Shown: positions 26,608-38,566 of the stretch, one piece after another
Numbering within the stretch: the stretch's first letter is position 1
Layout: every line of letters begins with the position of its first letter
Assembly (NCBI GenBank): GCA_973895155.1
Contig: OZ316891.1
Coordinates: 6,791,708 to 6,855,707, forward strand
DNA length: 64,000 nucleotides
Source of the DNA: Marsupella aquatica
Taxonomy: Eukaryota > Plantae > Marchantiophyta
Direction of reading: 5' to 3'
Program-made: the position numbers and the translations under genes
The notes under the pieces: generated by a model
What the model was told of the DNA's origin: nothing
The model's input: only the letters and a program-made list of their open reading frames with translations
Database searches by the model: none

Positions 26608-27129
26608 AGTTTATCCAATAGACTCTTTGACTAAAACACCATAGGCCATCAAATTAGGAAAGGACAAAAGAGTGAAAAATTTTAAATTTTATTGAGAATA
26701 TTTTGGAGGACTCATAGTAACTTGGATCCACTAGGTTTTGTATTATGGCCAATGGGACCTTAAGCTTGATATATTTTTTGGAAAGTGCAGAGATATCAAT
26801 TTTGAAGACAACTTTGGATTTGGAAAACTGGCTAATTTGTGGTGACGAGGTGACCATTTCTCTTTTTGCCTCATCTATTGTTGCATGCATGCAATTTGCA
26901 TACTTCAATTTTGTATTTGTTGATGGAGTTTGGAATACGTTAATACAAACAATATCCAAAATAATTATGTCAAGAAATAGACATACCTAAAGATTAGGCT
27001 ATAGAAAGTAATTGTATGTGTCAAATAAGTACTTGTGATTGATATGCGAATGGTTAGTGTTATTTTTTGTTTGAACAATTATATGAAAAAGTTGATATTC
27101 ATGATAGATTGTCATTCATTGCAGATTCG

Positions 27130-28882
27130 ATGAAAGGCTTAAAATTGAGTAACAATGATGCAAAAGTAAATGAAAGAAGGGGAAAGAAAAGACAAACTTC
27201 TCCCAAATTTGATGAAATGGTAAGAATCTTACCCTGTTGCCAATAATATACAATCTATTATAAGATATTAATTATCATCATTATATTGTTATATTTTGGA
27301 GACCATAGTTTTGTGAGTAAAATCAAGAGGAATTGATATTCCGGGGGGGTGAAACTTTCAGATTATTTCTGTTGGAATCATCAGTGCCTGGCGTTGATAT
27401 GCTTCGAATTCGATTTGAAATCACTATGGTCCAAGATGTCAAGCAAAATATTGATTAACTAGTAAACTATACTAAATTAGTAAAAGTTCTTTATCACTTT
27501 ATGTTGATCAATAATCTTATTTGTGCAGATTCAATTTAATGATCATCAAAATCCAACAGACATCACCAAAAGCCAACCTCTTCCTAAGGCTGCTATTTAT
27601 TTATGTGAGCTCATCACTCTTACATCTCAGTTGGGAAAATTACATATTCAGTTTTTACTGAAATGGTTGCTCGGTGATTGGTTACTCTTTGAATATGGTG
27701 TGCACATCTTTTCCGGTGGGAAAATGAAGGGAGAGTTATCAAAATTTTATTTTGGTTTTCATTTCTTGGGGAAAACCGGTCGTTGGTCTGAGTATTTTAC
27801 TGCTAATCAGTGGAAAACAATAGTCCACTTGATCACTTTCCGGTACAATCTATCTTCGCTTGGGAATGAGATTGCCACCAGGGTCCGAAAGTTTCGTAAA
27901 GATCCAATTTTATATATAAATCGGAAGGCAGATCATTTTGAAAAATTTGAAGAACATAAAATCCCAGTAAAGACATTTGCAAAGAGGAAGCCCTAAGTTT
28001 CTTGTGAAACATAAAAATGCTTTCTTGATTGAGAGAGGATTTAGCCCACCCAAAACAGAACGACATATTGTATGGAAGGTGATACCAAGTAACTTTTATG
28101 TTATGGATCCCTTGTCATCTATTGAAATCTGGAAAGATAGGTCTACCAATGAAATAATAGGGGGACGAATGAAAGGAGTTGTTCCAGAGGGCGATCGACC
28201 ATTTCTAAGGCATTCAATAATTGATGCCTACAATCACAAATGGACTGTTCGTAGAGCTGATTCGAGATCAACATTGATTGAAACAATGCGAGCTGTGGGG
28301 CCACTTGTGAATTGGAGAGAAGGAAAAGGAGCACATTTTGTGAGTTACTACAGGGATAAGTTAAAGATTGCTAATACAACTCCGATTAGCGCATTGCAAT
28401 TGAAGTTAATTCATGAGCAATGCTCCCATCGAATCTTATTTGAAATTATTTTCCTATTATTTTGTGATTATTTTTGGCCGGTAGTGAGGGAATTTTTGGA
28501 TTGCAAAGATCCTTTCATGGATCTAAGCAAAGAATTACTTCAATACTTTTCCAAGCCCGACGTTGTGAAACATGCTGTACCAGAATATCCTCTATTTCTT
28601 ACAAAGAACTACTGTAATATAGTTCATAATGATCATGATTGTAGTAAATACACTATGTTCATGGCATCAAATCCCTCAATGGAGGAACGAGGTGGACATC
28701 TAGTTGTTATTGAGTATGGAATAAAGATTCCAATATTAGATGGGGATATTTTCTTTCTTCGTGGAAAAGATATGCACACCACCTCGTACAGATGTTCCCC
28801 TATAGAACCGGTATACGTAGCTGGGATTGCAATTAATGAGAAGCTAGGTAGTGCCTACACATTTTCAAATGAAAATGCATAA
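27130..28882 (+). CDS. TET/JBP-like Fe(II)-dependent dioxygenase; exons 27130-27219 and 27529-28882, with a 1-nt frameshift at ~27992
   Basis: LFLTKNYCNIVHNDHD (HxD at 28625-28633), GGHLVVIEYGIKIPILDGDIFFL, distal DMHTT (His at 28775); upstream MRAVG segment; basic NLS-like RRGKKR in exon 1; phase-0 GT-AG intron. Confidence 0.72.
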
Positions 28883-29255
28883 ACATGATTCATAGTCATG
28901 ATAATGAGCAGAATTTTTAATGTTATATATTGATTTTGTTTGCCCATTTGTATCTTTGCTTATTTTTGTAATAGATGCTCTCAAGAGCTTAAATTGGGGC
29001 ATTGAATATACCAAAGAGCCCTCCATAGTTTTCAAATCCCTTTGTAAATCCAGGGTATCTTTTGCTAAAAATATTCCTACTTTATTGTATGTGCAATGGC
29101 AACTTAGTGTACATTTTCTAACTAGCCTTGTTTTCTTGTCTTGTGACCTTTGTTTTTCTGACAGAGTTCTCTAATTGTTCTAAAAAAGGTGGAATTATAC
29201 ACTGGCAAAATAAAGTATTAGTTCATTGGAGTTTTGGAGAATATTTGGGAAATAT

Positions 29256-31061
29256 ATGGATGCAACAAACATCAATTCAATGTGTGAAGATGTGATGGCA
29301 GCACTTCACATCGGTTACACTATGAAGGAATGTGCATTAGCACTTGGAATAGATCGAATTACCTTATGGCGATGGTTGAAAGTATTTAATAATGGAGAGA
29401 AAATGTATCCAACATATACACTTGAGGAGGTTCGGCAATTGATTCTAGAGTTTATTCCCATATATGGATATGCAAAAGATTGGGGAATAAGAATGATAAA
29501 GGCACGATTACAAAGAGTTGGATACAAAGTTCCAAGAACGCTTGTACGTGATGCCTTGGATGTTTTAGTTCCAGGATTACTTGCATCAAGAGCACGCGGA
29601 TGTCTAATACGTCGGGTTTACGATGTCACCGAAGCAATGCATATTTGGCATATGGACTGTGAGTAAAATTCAAATATTTATATCCTTTTATTTAGATTGA
29701 ATCAATCATTTTTTGACTATATATGATTCAGATAGTTTGTTCATGATCATGAAATTATGTACTAATTTTGTTTAATTTCTTGTGCAGCATATGACAAATT
29801 AGCAAATTATGGAATTAGAATTCATGGAGCTATCGATGGAGCTACACATTATGTTATGTATATGCATGTTGCATTAAATAAGAAAGCTCGGACTATTTAT
29901 GAAGGGTATAAAAATGCGGTTCAAAGATTTGGTCATCCTTTATTAATTCGTTCTGATTATGCAACTGAGCATATTTTGGTCCAAAATAATCTTGAAAGGG
30001 CAAGACCAAATACTCATTGTTTTCGCAAAGGTTCTTCAGTTCATAATCAGGTAGTACTTAAACTCAACTATATGTTATCAAAATTATTTGCTTGATATGT
30101 TTATTAACATACTAATTTTTTGCTTATGGGACTTATGGGGGCCCAATGTTGCATTGGCAGCGATGCTGATTTGTTGTCTCTGTATGTTGTTAATGCTTTC
30201 TGCCCGCCCTCCCAGGGATCATGTTGTTTAGCTGGCTTTTTGATGGCCTGGTTGTTTCCCCTCTGCCACGGGGTTTTTGTGGCTTTAACTTATAAAAGGA
30301 AAAAGGATTTCAAGGAACATACTAATTTTTTACAATCATTGTGATTTTTACAGAGGATCGAAGCATTTTGGGGATTCTTGAAGAAACAAGGATTGGGTCA
30401 TTATAAGGACTTATTTCGTACTCTATCATACGAGGAAGGATTTTTGCAAATGGATAATCCCTTGCATAGATACTCCATTGTTACTGTACTTCTTCCATTC
30501 ATTCAGAATGCTGTAAATGATATCATTCTAACATGGAATGCCCATACAGTGAGAGCGGTGCGAGAACGAGGTGTGAACAGGCCTCAACTTGCTTTTCAAG
30601 CAAGAGAGAGAGAATCTAAAATAGTTTTACCTCCACCATATCCTGAAGAAGGTCAAGTTGGTATTCAAGATGCAGATGATATTATCGAGACTATTGACAC
30701 TGATTATTGGAATCATAATGATGATCATGGAAACTTTGAACATGGTGTTAAAGATTTAGACGATGAGGTAAGTGAAGCAAAATGTATTTTATTTGGTTGC
30801 ATATTCTTTTCATTAATTTCCAATTCACCAAATTCTTTTTTTTGGGTGCAGAGTCTTCGTGATATCCGTGATTTTGCATATGAAACTAATGAGATTGGAG
30901 TCTTATCGGAGGAGGACAAGTTCAGAATGCATTTGCTGCTTTCTCTTGAATGTGAAAGTAGTTCTCGTGCCACTATGGGGTTGACAGCCTATGTACATCA
31001 ACAACTAAATTTTAATGATTTGCCAGAAGAAAGGTCATGGGCTTTGAATACCTTGGACTAG
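29256..31061 (+). CDS. IS3/IS481-like eukaryotic DDE transposase (IS3EU-type integrase core). Exons 29256-29658, 29788-30050, 30354-30767, 30852-31061; apparently intact
   Basis: N-terminal HTH (YTMKECALALGIDRITLWRWL), GIRMIKARL...RRVYDV, spliced core WHMDSYDKLANYGIRIHGAIDG, PLLIRSD, GSSVHNQ|RIEAFW, WNAHTVR. D29655, D29955, E30360. All splice phases are consistent. Confidence 0.88.
30122..30315 (+). mobile_element. ~194-bp insertion in transposase intron 2 with a 16-bp TSD (likely 5'-truncated non-LTR retroelement end)
   Basis: aacatactaatttttt at 30106-30121 and 30316-30331; A-rich 3' part. Confidence 0.7.
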
Positions 31062-32347
31062 ACACTCCAGACTATCAGAAATAGAACTGGCCACACATGA
31101 AGTAAGCTTTTATAGGGAACTTATAAAATATGACGTATTACATTTTATTTTAATCTTAAAGTAGATATAATTGCTAGTTGTATTATCTTTATTAGTTTGG
31201 GTTTAATGTATATTGCATGTGTCTGTTAATTCGCTATGGATTAGACTCTTTGTTTGTCTTGCCTTTGATTGAACTCTTATTGTTTGTTTCACAATTACCT
31301 TACTTTCTATTTTGCAGGTAAATTTTGTGGTGAGACATGTTAGTACTTGAGAGACTCACGCCTTCTTTCCAAGGTGGGCGTCATGAACAAGGGACACCTA
31401 GGTTACTAAATTAGTTACGTTCATTAATCAGAATGTCTTTGAATTTTCCATAGCCAGAGAAGAAATGAATCTGACCTATATAATTGACATGAACTTGAAG
31501 TTAGGCTATGTTTAGTCATTTGTAATTTTTGTAACCCGGTCAGCTACTTCATTTATTATATTATATATCTCCCAAATAGTTGTGCAGTTGATTCAGTTCT
31601 GACTGACCGGGACACATCTTACTAGTAATTTGCCATAGATAGGCACTTTTCAGGGAAAATTGTGCATGAATTGGAGCCACCTAAGCTATGTGTTTTGAAA
31701 TATTAACACAAGGTAAATAATGCAATGGGCATGCATATAAATGCATTCCAAAGTGGGTAAACAAATTAAGTGGGTTTCAAAGACAAGCACGAGTTAGTAT
31801 TGAAACAGTTAGAATACGACCAAGTCCACATTTAGTTTGCCACTCACAAACACACATGCTTACTACCAAGATGATCCTCGTTTGATAGATCTGCACTACT
31901 CAAATTCATTCTTCAATTATTTTTGTTAATCAGTAATGTGGACCTCTTGAGTTGTGGGTTCTGCTAGCCATGATAGTTGTTAGCTGATGTGGTTGTGCCT
32001 ACACATTGGGCCCTTTGGTTGGGCGAGCTGATCAAGGTGACAAACTGACAACCTCCTTTGTGGATGGACAACAATTCACTATGATAAATGAAACTATAAC
32101 AAAAGTCTTTTGTATCTATTCATGTATTGGCCTTAATACAATGTAGACAAGAAAAACTCAAACAATTGATCCACTAGGATTGTGGAAGCTTACATATGTG
32201 CAAGGTAAAATCCAAGCCTCTTTTGGCTCCTCCCGATCTCTCTTGGCCGTTTATGCTGAGAAATGGTGGACGTCCCACTCAGATGTCTTTACAAAGGGGA
32301 CTTCACCTTATTGCCGTCCTGGCTGCCTTGGTTTAAGCGAATTAAGT

Positions 32348-33025
32348 CCGTTCTTTGGTCATAGGCTGGACCTCCCTACTTGAGGAACATAACTAATATT
32401 TGGGCCAACCACAATGTCTTTGTCATCTTGACTTTACCCAAAGATATTGCTGTCCTCATTAAACACCATGTAAGGTTTGAAAAGTTTAAAAATTTCTCAA
32501 TTTAATACTTTATACCCCTTCTAGGAATAACCACTATATCACACACCTCCTGCCCCTAGCAATAGTTGATAGTTCACAATGCCCCAAACTGCCAAAATAT
32601 TATTTTAGACCATACACTCTGCCTCGTTTGTTTGTCTTAAATTTGCATGAAATACTCTTGTCCCTCAAATCCAATATTGCTTTAAGCAAAAGCCATTCTT
32701 TGGTCATAGGCTCGACCTCCCTACTCAAGGGACGTCACTAATATTTGGGTCGGCCACAATGTCTTTGTCATCTTGACGTTACTCAAAGATCTTTCCGTCC
32801 CCATAATGCACTATGTAAGGTTTGAAAAGTTTGGAAATTTCTCAATTTCATACTTAAACCCCTTCTAGGAGTAATCACTTTATCACACACCGCCTGCGCG
32901 CCCCCTGATAGTTCATACTGCCCCCAACTGCCAAAATATTATTTTAGACCATACATTATGCCTCATTTGTTTGTCTTAAATTTTCATGAAATTAATCCTC
33001 CCGTCCCTCAAATCCAATGTTGCCC
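32348..33025 (+). repeat. ~345-bp tandem duplication
   Basis: ttctttggtcataggct.gacctccctact at ~32351 and ~32696; both copies end ccctcaaatccaat.ttgc. Confidence 0.85.
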
Positions 33026-34569
33026 TGAATCTGCATTTTGGTAACAGTCTTTCTCAAATCATTGAGTATGCATATCTTAACCCTCCGAATGCAAGAGTCA
33101 CTAAATTTGTCTAAGTAGAGGCCTTTTTGTGAGCAATAGTTGTGGAGTGCCACCTCTGCATGGCTTAGTTAGCACCTTGGCATGGAGGTGGACCAACTTG
33201 CTATCAAACGTTAAAAGTTAGTTCTCTATATAGTGATCAGGGCTATTGCAATTATTTTTGTTATTTGACAATGTACTGATGATCTTAGCTGGACAAGAGG
33301 ATATTATCGAGAAGAGCTTGTTGGGGCTCACCTTCAACATACAGTAGTCGCAAGAGAATCATCTGAGCAACAAGGCTTTGAATTTGGCCGAAAAATTAAA
33401 AGTAGAGTAGAGCAGAGGAGGGTGGACAATGGGCTCTTTTAATTTGTGCATCAAAAAGACCTAGTGTAAACATCGATTACTTGAGGTTATTTTGCAAATT
33501 AAACTATTCATCCATACGTGCTAAGTTGTTGGACCCATTTCCATATGGAGCACCGTTGCATGAAACACCTTTATTATTAATTTTTAGCTGCCAGTACTAC
33601 AGCCATGCTGTCCAATATATGCAGAAAAACAAGGGCTATATAGGACACAATTTTAATTTACAACATGAATGGTTTATGAAAGTGAAAGGAAGGAGCTGCC
33701 CCTCAAAAAAGGTGGAGCAACCTAGAAATTTTTGAAAAGGCTGTGAACCAAACACTAAGAAGGTAAATCATAATAAAATGGCTCAAATTTTTGTTACAAG
33801 GTATTTGTATGATTCGTACGATGGGAGTTCTTAACAATATGCCCACAGTCATGCAATAAGCTAGGTGAGATGATGAGGCAACCATAGTAGATTAAGCCTT
33901 TAATTTGTACAACTTTATTTACAATGTCTACCAAATTGTAGCACACTGCAATGGAAGATAGAAACAACTGCTCTTCTGAAAATGGTTTGACTAGGTTTGC
34001 GGTCCCCCCCCCCCATAACCTCCATTATTTCCTCTTGTATCTTTGTCGTAATCCTATTTGCATCTTTCTTCTTAGAAGACACATCTAACAAAGGAATATG
34101 AACTAGAGTTATAGCTTGCACTGAGGAAAGTAAATTAGTCTACGTTCCAACAGCAGCATCCAAATCAAGTAGGAGATTTCATACTCAAGTTAGGCCTTGA
34201 TTGCTTCTGAACTTTGTCATTTTATAGATAATGGGTGCAACAAATAATAATTCATCATCAATTATAGCAAAAGACCCTCTAAGTATGGGTTCTTGTGTCA
34301 ATGAAAGTAGGGTTAAAGGGTAGTGATGTTGTTATGGCTCAAGAGCTATGATAGTTGCAAAAATGGCTTTGAGATACTCCAAAGCGAGAAGTAATGCCCT
34401 CAAGTGCATAATGTAAGAAATTATGGTTAATCAATCTACAACATGCTCACCATAGTTTATTGGTTATTCTTGTGAGCCAATTAAGAACTCGTCCCATTCC
34501 GGATACTTAAGAGCTCCAAGGACATATGAGCAGGTATGAGTTGAATCTTCTCATCTTCATTTCCTTATT

Positions 34570-35863
34570 TTTATTTTATTTTTATTTTTATTTTTAAAAA
34601 ACTTTATTCCAAGGAGAACCCAGAGGAAAAACAAAGCCTGCCTGGGAGGAGAAGGCAGGAAGGAACAAGAGCAATTAAGGGGGCAATGAAAGGAGCACAC
34701 CCAGTGAAGGTGAAGGGCGACCTCCCCCCCGACCGCCAGAAGGGAGGAGGCAGAAGAGAGAGGGAGGGAGGACCCCAAGGAGGATAGAATGCTATCCTAA
34801 GAGAGTAGCCAAAGAAGTAAACATCGGCTAGAAAACCTTCACGAGAACTGAAATGGACTTGCCATCCCCATCCACCACAGCCGGCCAGACAGCTTGTACC
34901 CGTCGATATTCCGATGTGTACTCCACCACAGCCGGCCAGATAGCATGTACCCGTCGATATACCAATGTGTACTCCACCACAGCCGGTGGAGCAGACAGCT
35001 TATACCGGTCGATACTCCAATGAATATGCCCTAGGAAGCCAACATGTGTACCCGTCGAGACTCCAATGTAAACTCCCTAGGAAGCCAAGATGTATACCGA
35101 ATGGCATATCAATTACTTGAATCGCCTTGAAGAGGGAGGAGGATAATAATATGCGGTCACAAGATGAGAGTCCGAGGTGTGTTCAGGGAGAGTCATATAG
35201 CAGCCAATGATGAGAGCCAACCCCGAGTCCGGGCATCAGCTATGGCCGCACCCCGCATGCTGCAAATCCCTGAGATATATTCCAGAGAACAAGGGGACCA
35301 GTAGAGCCATGATTGGAAAGCATGGTCCCAATAGTTGAAGAAGTCCAAGAAGGCCACACTACCATCATTGTATGAGAACCCAGCGATCCCGCTCAGAAGA
35401 ATGGCCAGCTTGTGGAGAATGGAGAGGCTAGAAGCCCATGAGCAGAACCGAGAATAGCAATCCATCCATGAATACATCTAGCAACATCCCCACCCGACAA
35501 AAGAAGTCAAACCTGGTAGCATCACCAAAAGAACATTATACTATGGTTAGAGTGAGATCATGCTAAGCTATATGAGAGTACATAGGTCCAGCAACGGAAC
35601 TTCTTCAACACTATACTAGAGTATATATACATGCAGGGCAACCAGTCCGATCCGGAGGGGCCCATGAATAATTAATCTATAGAGTATGCTAAGAGAAGAG
35701 CCAATTGCTGAAGGATGGTAAAGTATTGAAAGATGAAGATACTATGGCTGGATAGGTAGGAGAATCAGATCAGGGTATACTAAAGCCTAATATTGAGACC
35801 AAAGGGGACAATAGATTAGGGATAAGAACCCAATAATCAATGCCCTTTCAGTCCAACATACAA
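34570..35863 (-). mobile_element. 5'-truncated LINE insertion with A-rich tail and 18-bp TSD
   Basis: catcttcatttccttatt at 34552-34569 and 35864-35881; (TTTTA)n tail at ~34570-34595; decayed Trp-rich ORF end; ~52-bp internal tandem repeats at ~34873-35100. Confidence 0.8.
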
Positions 35864-37795
35864 CATCTTCATTTCCTTATTGCAATGGTAGATTGTAGAA
35901 CGGGTTTGATCAACACTTAAGGTCTGCAAATCCAGTTCTTCATGTCTTTCAGTTTCAAGTTTATCCTCGCTTAATTGGTACCATAGTAGGATTGGGGAAA
36001 CGGGGGGGGGGGGGGGGCGGGGGGGGGCACCTCTCAGTACTAGGTGCAGATGAATGAAATCCACTACTACTTTCATCTGCCAATTAATATCACCTTCACT
36101 CACATTGTTCCTCGTCTTCTATATATGAACATTAGTAGCTAGGCCAAGTAGGAGTAGATTCAAAGATGTTTTGGACTCTACCCTAGGGAATCATTGGCAA
36201 GTTAGATTATTAGAATGTGATGCAAAAAGAGAAGGCTAATCTTTTAAATATAGTTGGGCTACTAATTATAACCAAAGACTTGACTGTACCAAAGATATTT
36301 AATAATCTAATTTTGACAAAATTATGAATTAGCAAGGTACTCATTTTTTTTCAAATTTGTATAAAAAAGATGCAAATGATTTTTAATTTAATTGATACAT
36401 TTTGTTTGTAGAATAATTGTTTATTCCCACGTATTTGTGGGGGCTTTACATTAAGCAACTCCCCAAATGGGCTCTGACCTCTCAAATTGGCAACTATAGA
36501 GTCTACTTCCTAGCAAAATCTTGAGATACTTCATCACTAATTCATTTTGGTGAAGTCTCTCCATTGGTAGTCTCTACATCCAATTAGTCCCTCTCATGTC
36601 ACTAAGCAATTGTAACCTCTATCACTTATTCTTCACTGGTAATATGCAATATTCATGCCAATAAGCCGAAGTAACACAAATAATTGGCCAAGCAAGTAAG
36701 TAGGCTTGGTATTCTTTCACCAAATAACCACAACATGTTGGAGAAATAATGCATTGATTCCATTATAGCAAAGAGGTACAATGTATACAATACTATACAA
36801 TACAATGTCTAGTGAAATCCATGTCATGTAACCATAGTTAAATGTAATCATTGGCTATCTCCCCATTGGTCCCTGAATGTTAGGGTGGGTGGTTTTTTTT
36901 TGTAAGTAGAAATAAAACACATTGAGTAAAATTATCATCCCAAAATTTATAGGTTCACATGCACATATTTTTTGATGGGGCGGGTTTTTTTTTAGTGCGA
37001 GTTTTGTGTGCAAACTTTTTTTTGTTTGTATGGCGGTGCAATTTTTTATTTGGTGCACTTGTCAAAACTTTAATTTATTTGTGGTTCTGCGGTCACATAC
37101 TCTTATTTTTGAGGTTGCATAAATATTTTTTTGTGCAAATTTTTTGTTGGAAAGTAAAATATTCATACATCATTGTATATTGTTAATTTGTTTTTGATGT
37201 CACTCTTTTAAACCTTTTGTTTTGAATTAAAAGTCACCCTATAATTGTCCTTGATGTTTCCTTGCCATCTTCACTTCTTCCATAAAAGTGATCCGCACTT
37301 CCAAAACATAATATGTCCAACAGTTTTACAAAATTTTCAAGCCTAAATCTAAAAAAACAAACTTTTATTACCCACCATTGAACCCTATGAAATTGTTTTG
37401 TCCAACCTATTATTCATAGTCCCTAAATATCTCCCCTTTTTTAACAAAGGAGAGTGATTTTTTTTCTTGGAACTTGTATGATTTCACAATTTAAATAAAA
37501 TACAATACCCTTTATCTTATATATTTTGTAAAATATGAGTGTTTTACTAAGAAAAACAATGTGCAACATTTGGTATTCCGTATCCTAGACAAGGTCACGT
37601 GAGAAAAATTCATTATATGTATGCGCCAAAATTATTTGAGACGCCTGAGTGACACAATTATATTTTCAGGACCTAGTAATAAGTACGTATTTGAGACGCC
37701 CTACTATTGACTAACGCAATGTACAGTACCATTTCGCCAAAGAGGCGAATTCAAAAAAAGCTGTCCAAGAGAGGTCAGACGACGTCATGTCAGAT

Positions 37796-37804
37796 GGCGG
37801 GAAA
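37796..37804 (-). promoter_or_regulatory. E2F binding site (TTTCCCGCC) upstream of thymidylate kinase
   Basis: GGCGGGAAA on the + strand; related gcgccaaa at ~37623. Fits an S-phase dNTP-synthesis gene. Confidence 0.6.
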
Positions 37805-38566
37805 TTTTGTTCCCACGCATAATAAGTGAGTGAGAGCAAACTTCTGTTCCCCGCTCTCCGTCGACAACACCAATTGCGAGCCACCTTCGCAATCTAGAAA
37901 CTCTGTTTTCGATTCCTGATTACTGTCCTCGCGCAACATATTTCAATCGGGACGAAACAAAATTGAGAATCGTGCTCTTCCCAAATAGAAGAGAAGGCGC
38001 AAGTTGCCCATCTGGGGTTTTTGAGGATTCACCACTTACGACGGACTTCAGCTCTCCAGGGATTCATTCAGCACCTCGACTTGGCATCTGTGTTGCGCAT
38101 CACGTTCTCCATCATTCCTGATATCCCGTCACCTTAATTTCACATAAAGGCTTTGACGTTAAGCGGTGGACAGCAGAGTAGAGTAGTGAAGGTGGAGAAG
38201 GTGACTTTGAAAGATCGGCTTGGGCTGTCCGTTTTTTGATCGGATGTTAGCTTTCATCAGGATCTGAATTGTTTGGACTTGTACCAGCTTGCTGTCCCTA
38301 GGAATGAGGTAGATTCACTGCTTGCAAGCCAGGGTTTAGGTTTTTAGATCAGGTGAGAAACGAGATTGGCTACAGAAAATGACATAGATCCACTGCTTGC
38401 GAGTCAGGGTTTAGGTTTTTAGCTCGGGGGAGAGAGGAGATAGGCTACGACAAGTGAAATTTTGTTTGGGATATGCAAAGCTGAGGTTGTATCATCATTT
38501 TACGGTCAGTCCTTCAGGAAAGTGAGAGCACTGGCTTTGTTTGCCATCCAAAGGAAGATAGGATGC

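Noticed and set aside
36002-36027. Long G run as a functional G-quadruplex
   Set aside because: An isolated homopolymer in decayed sequence; length unreliable and no supporting context.
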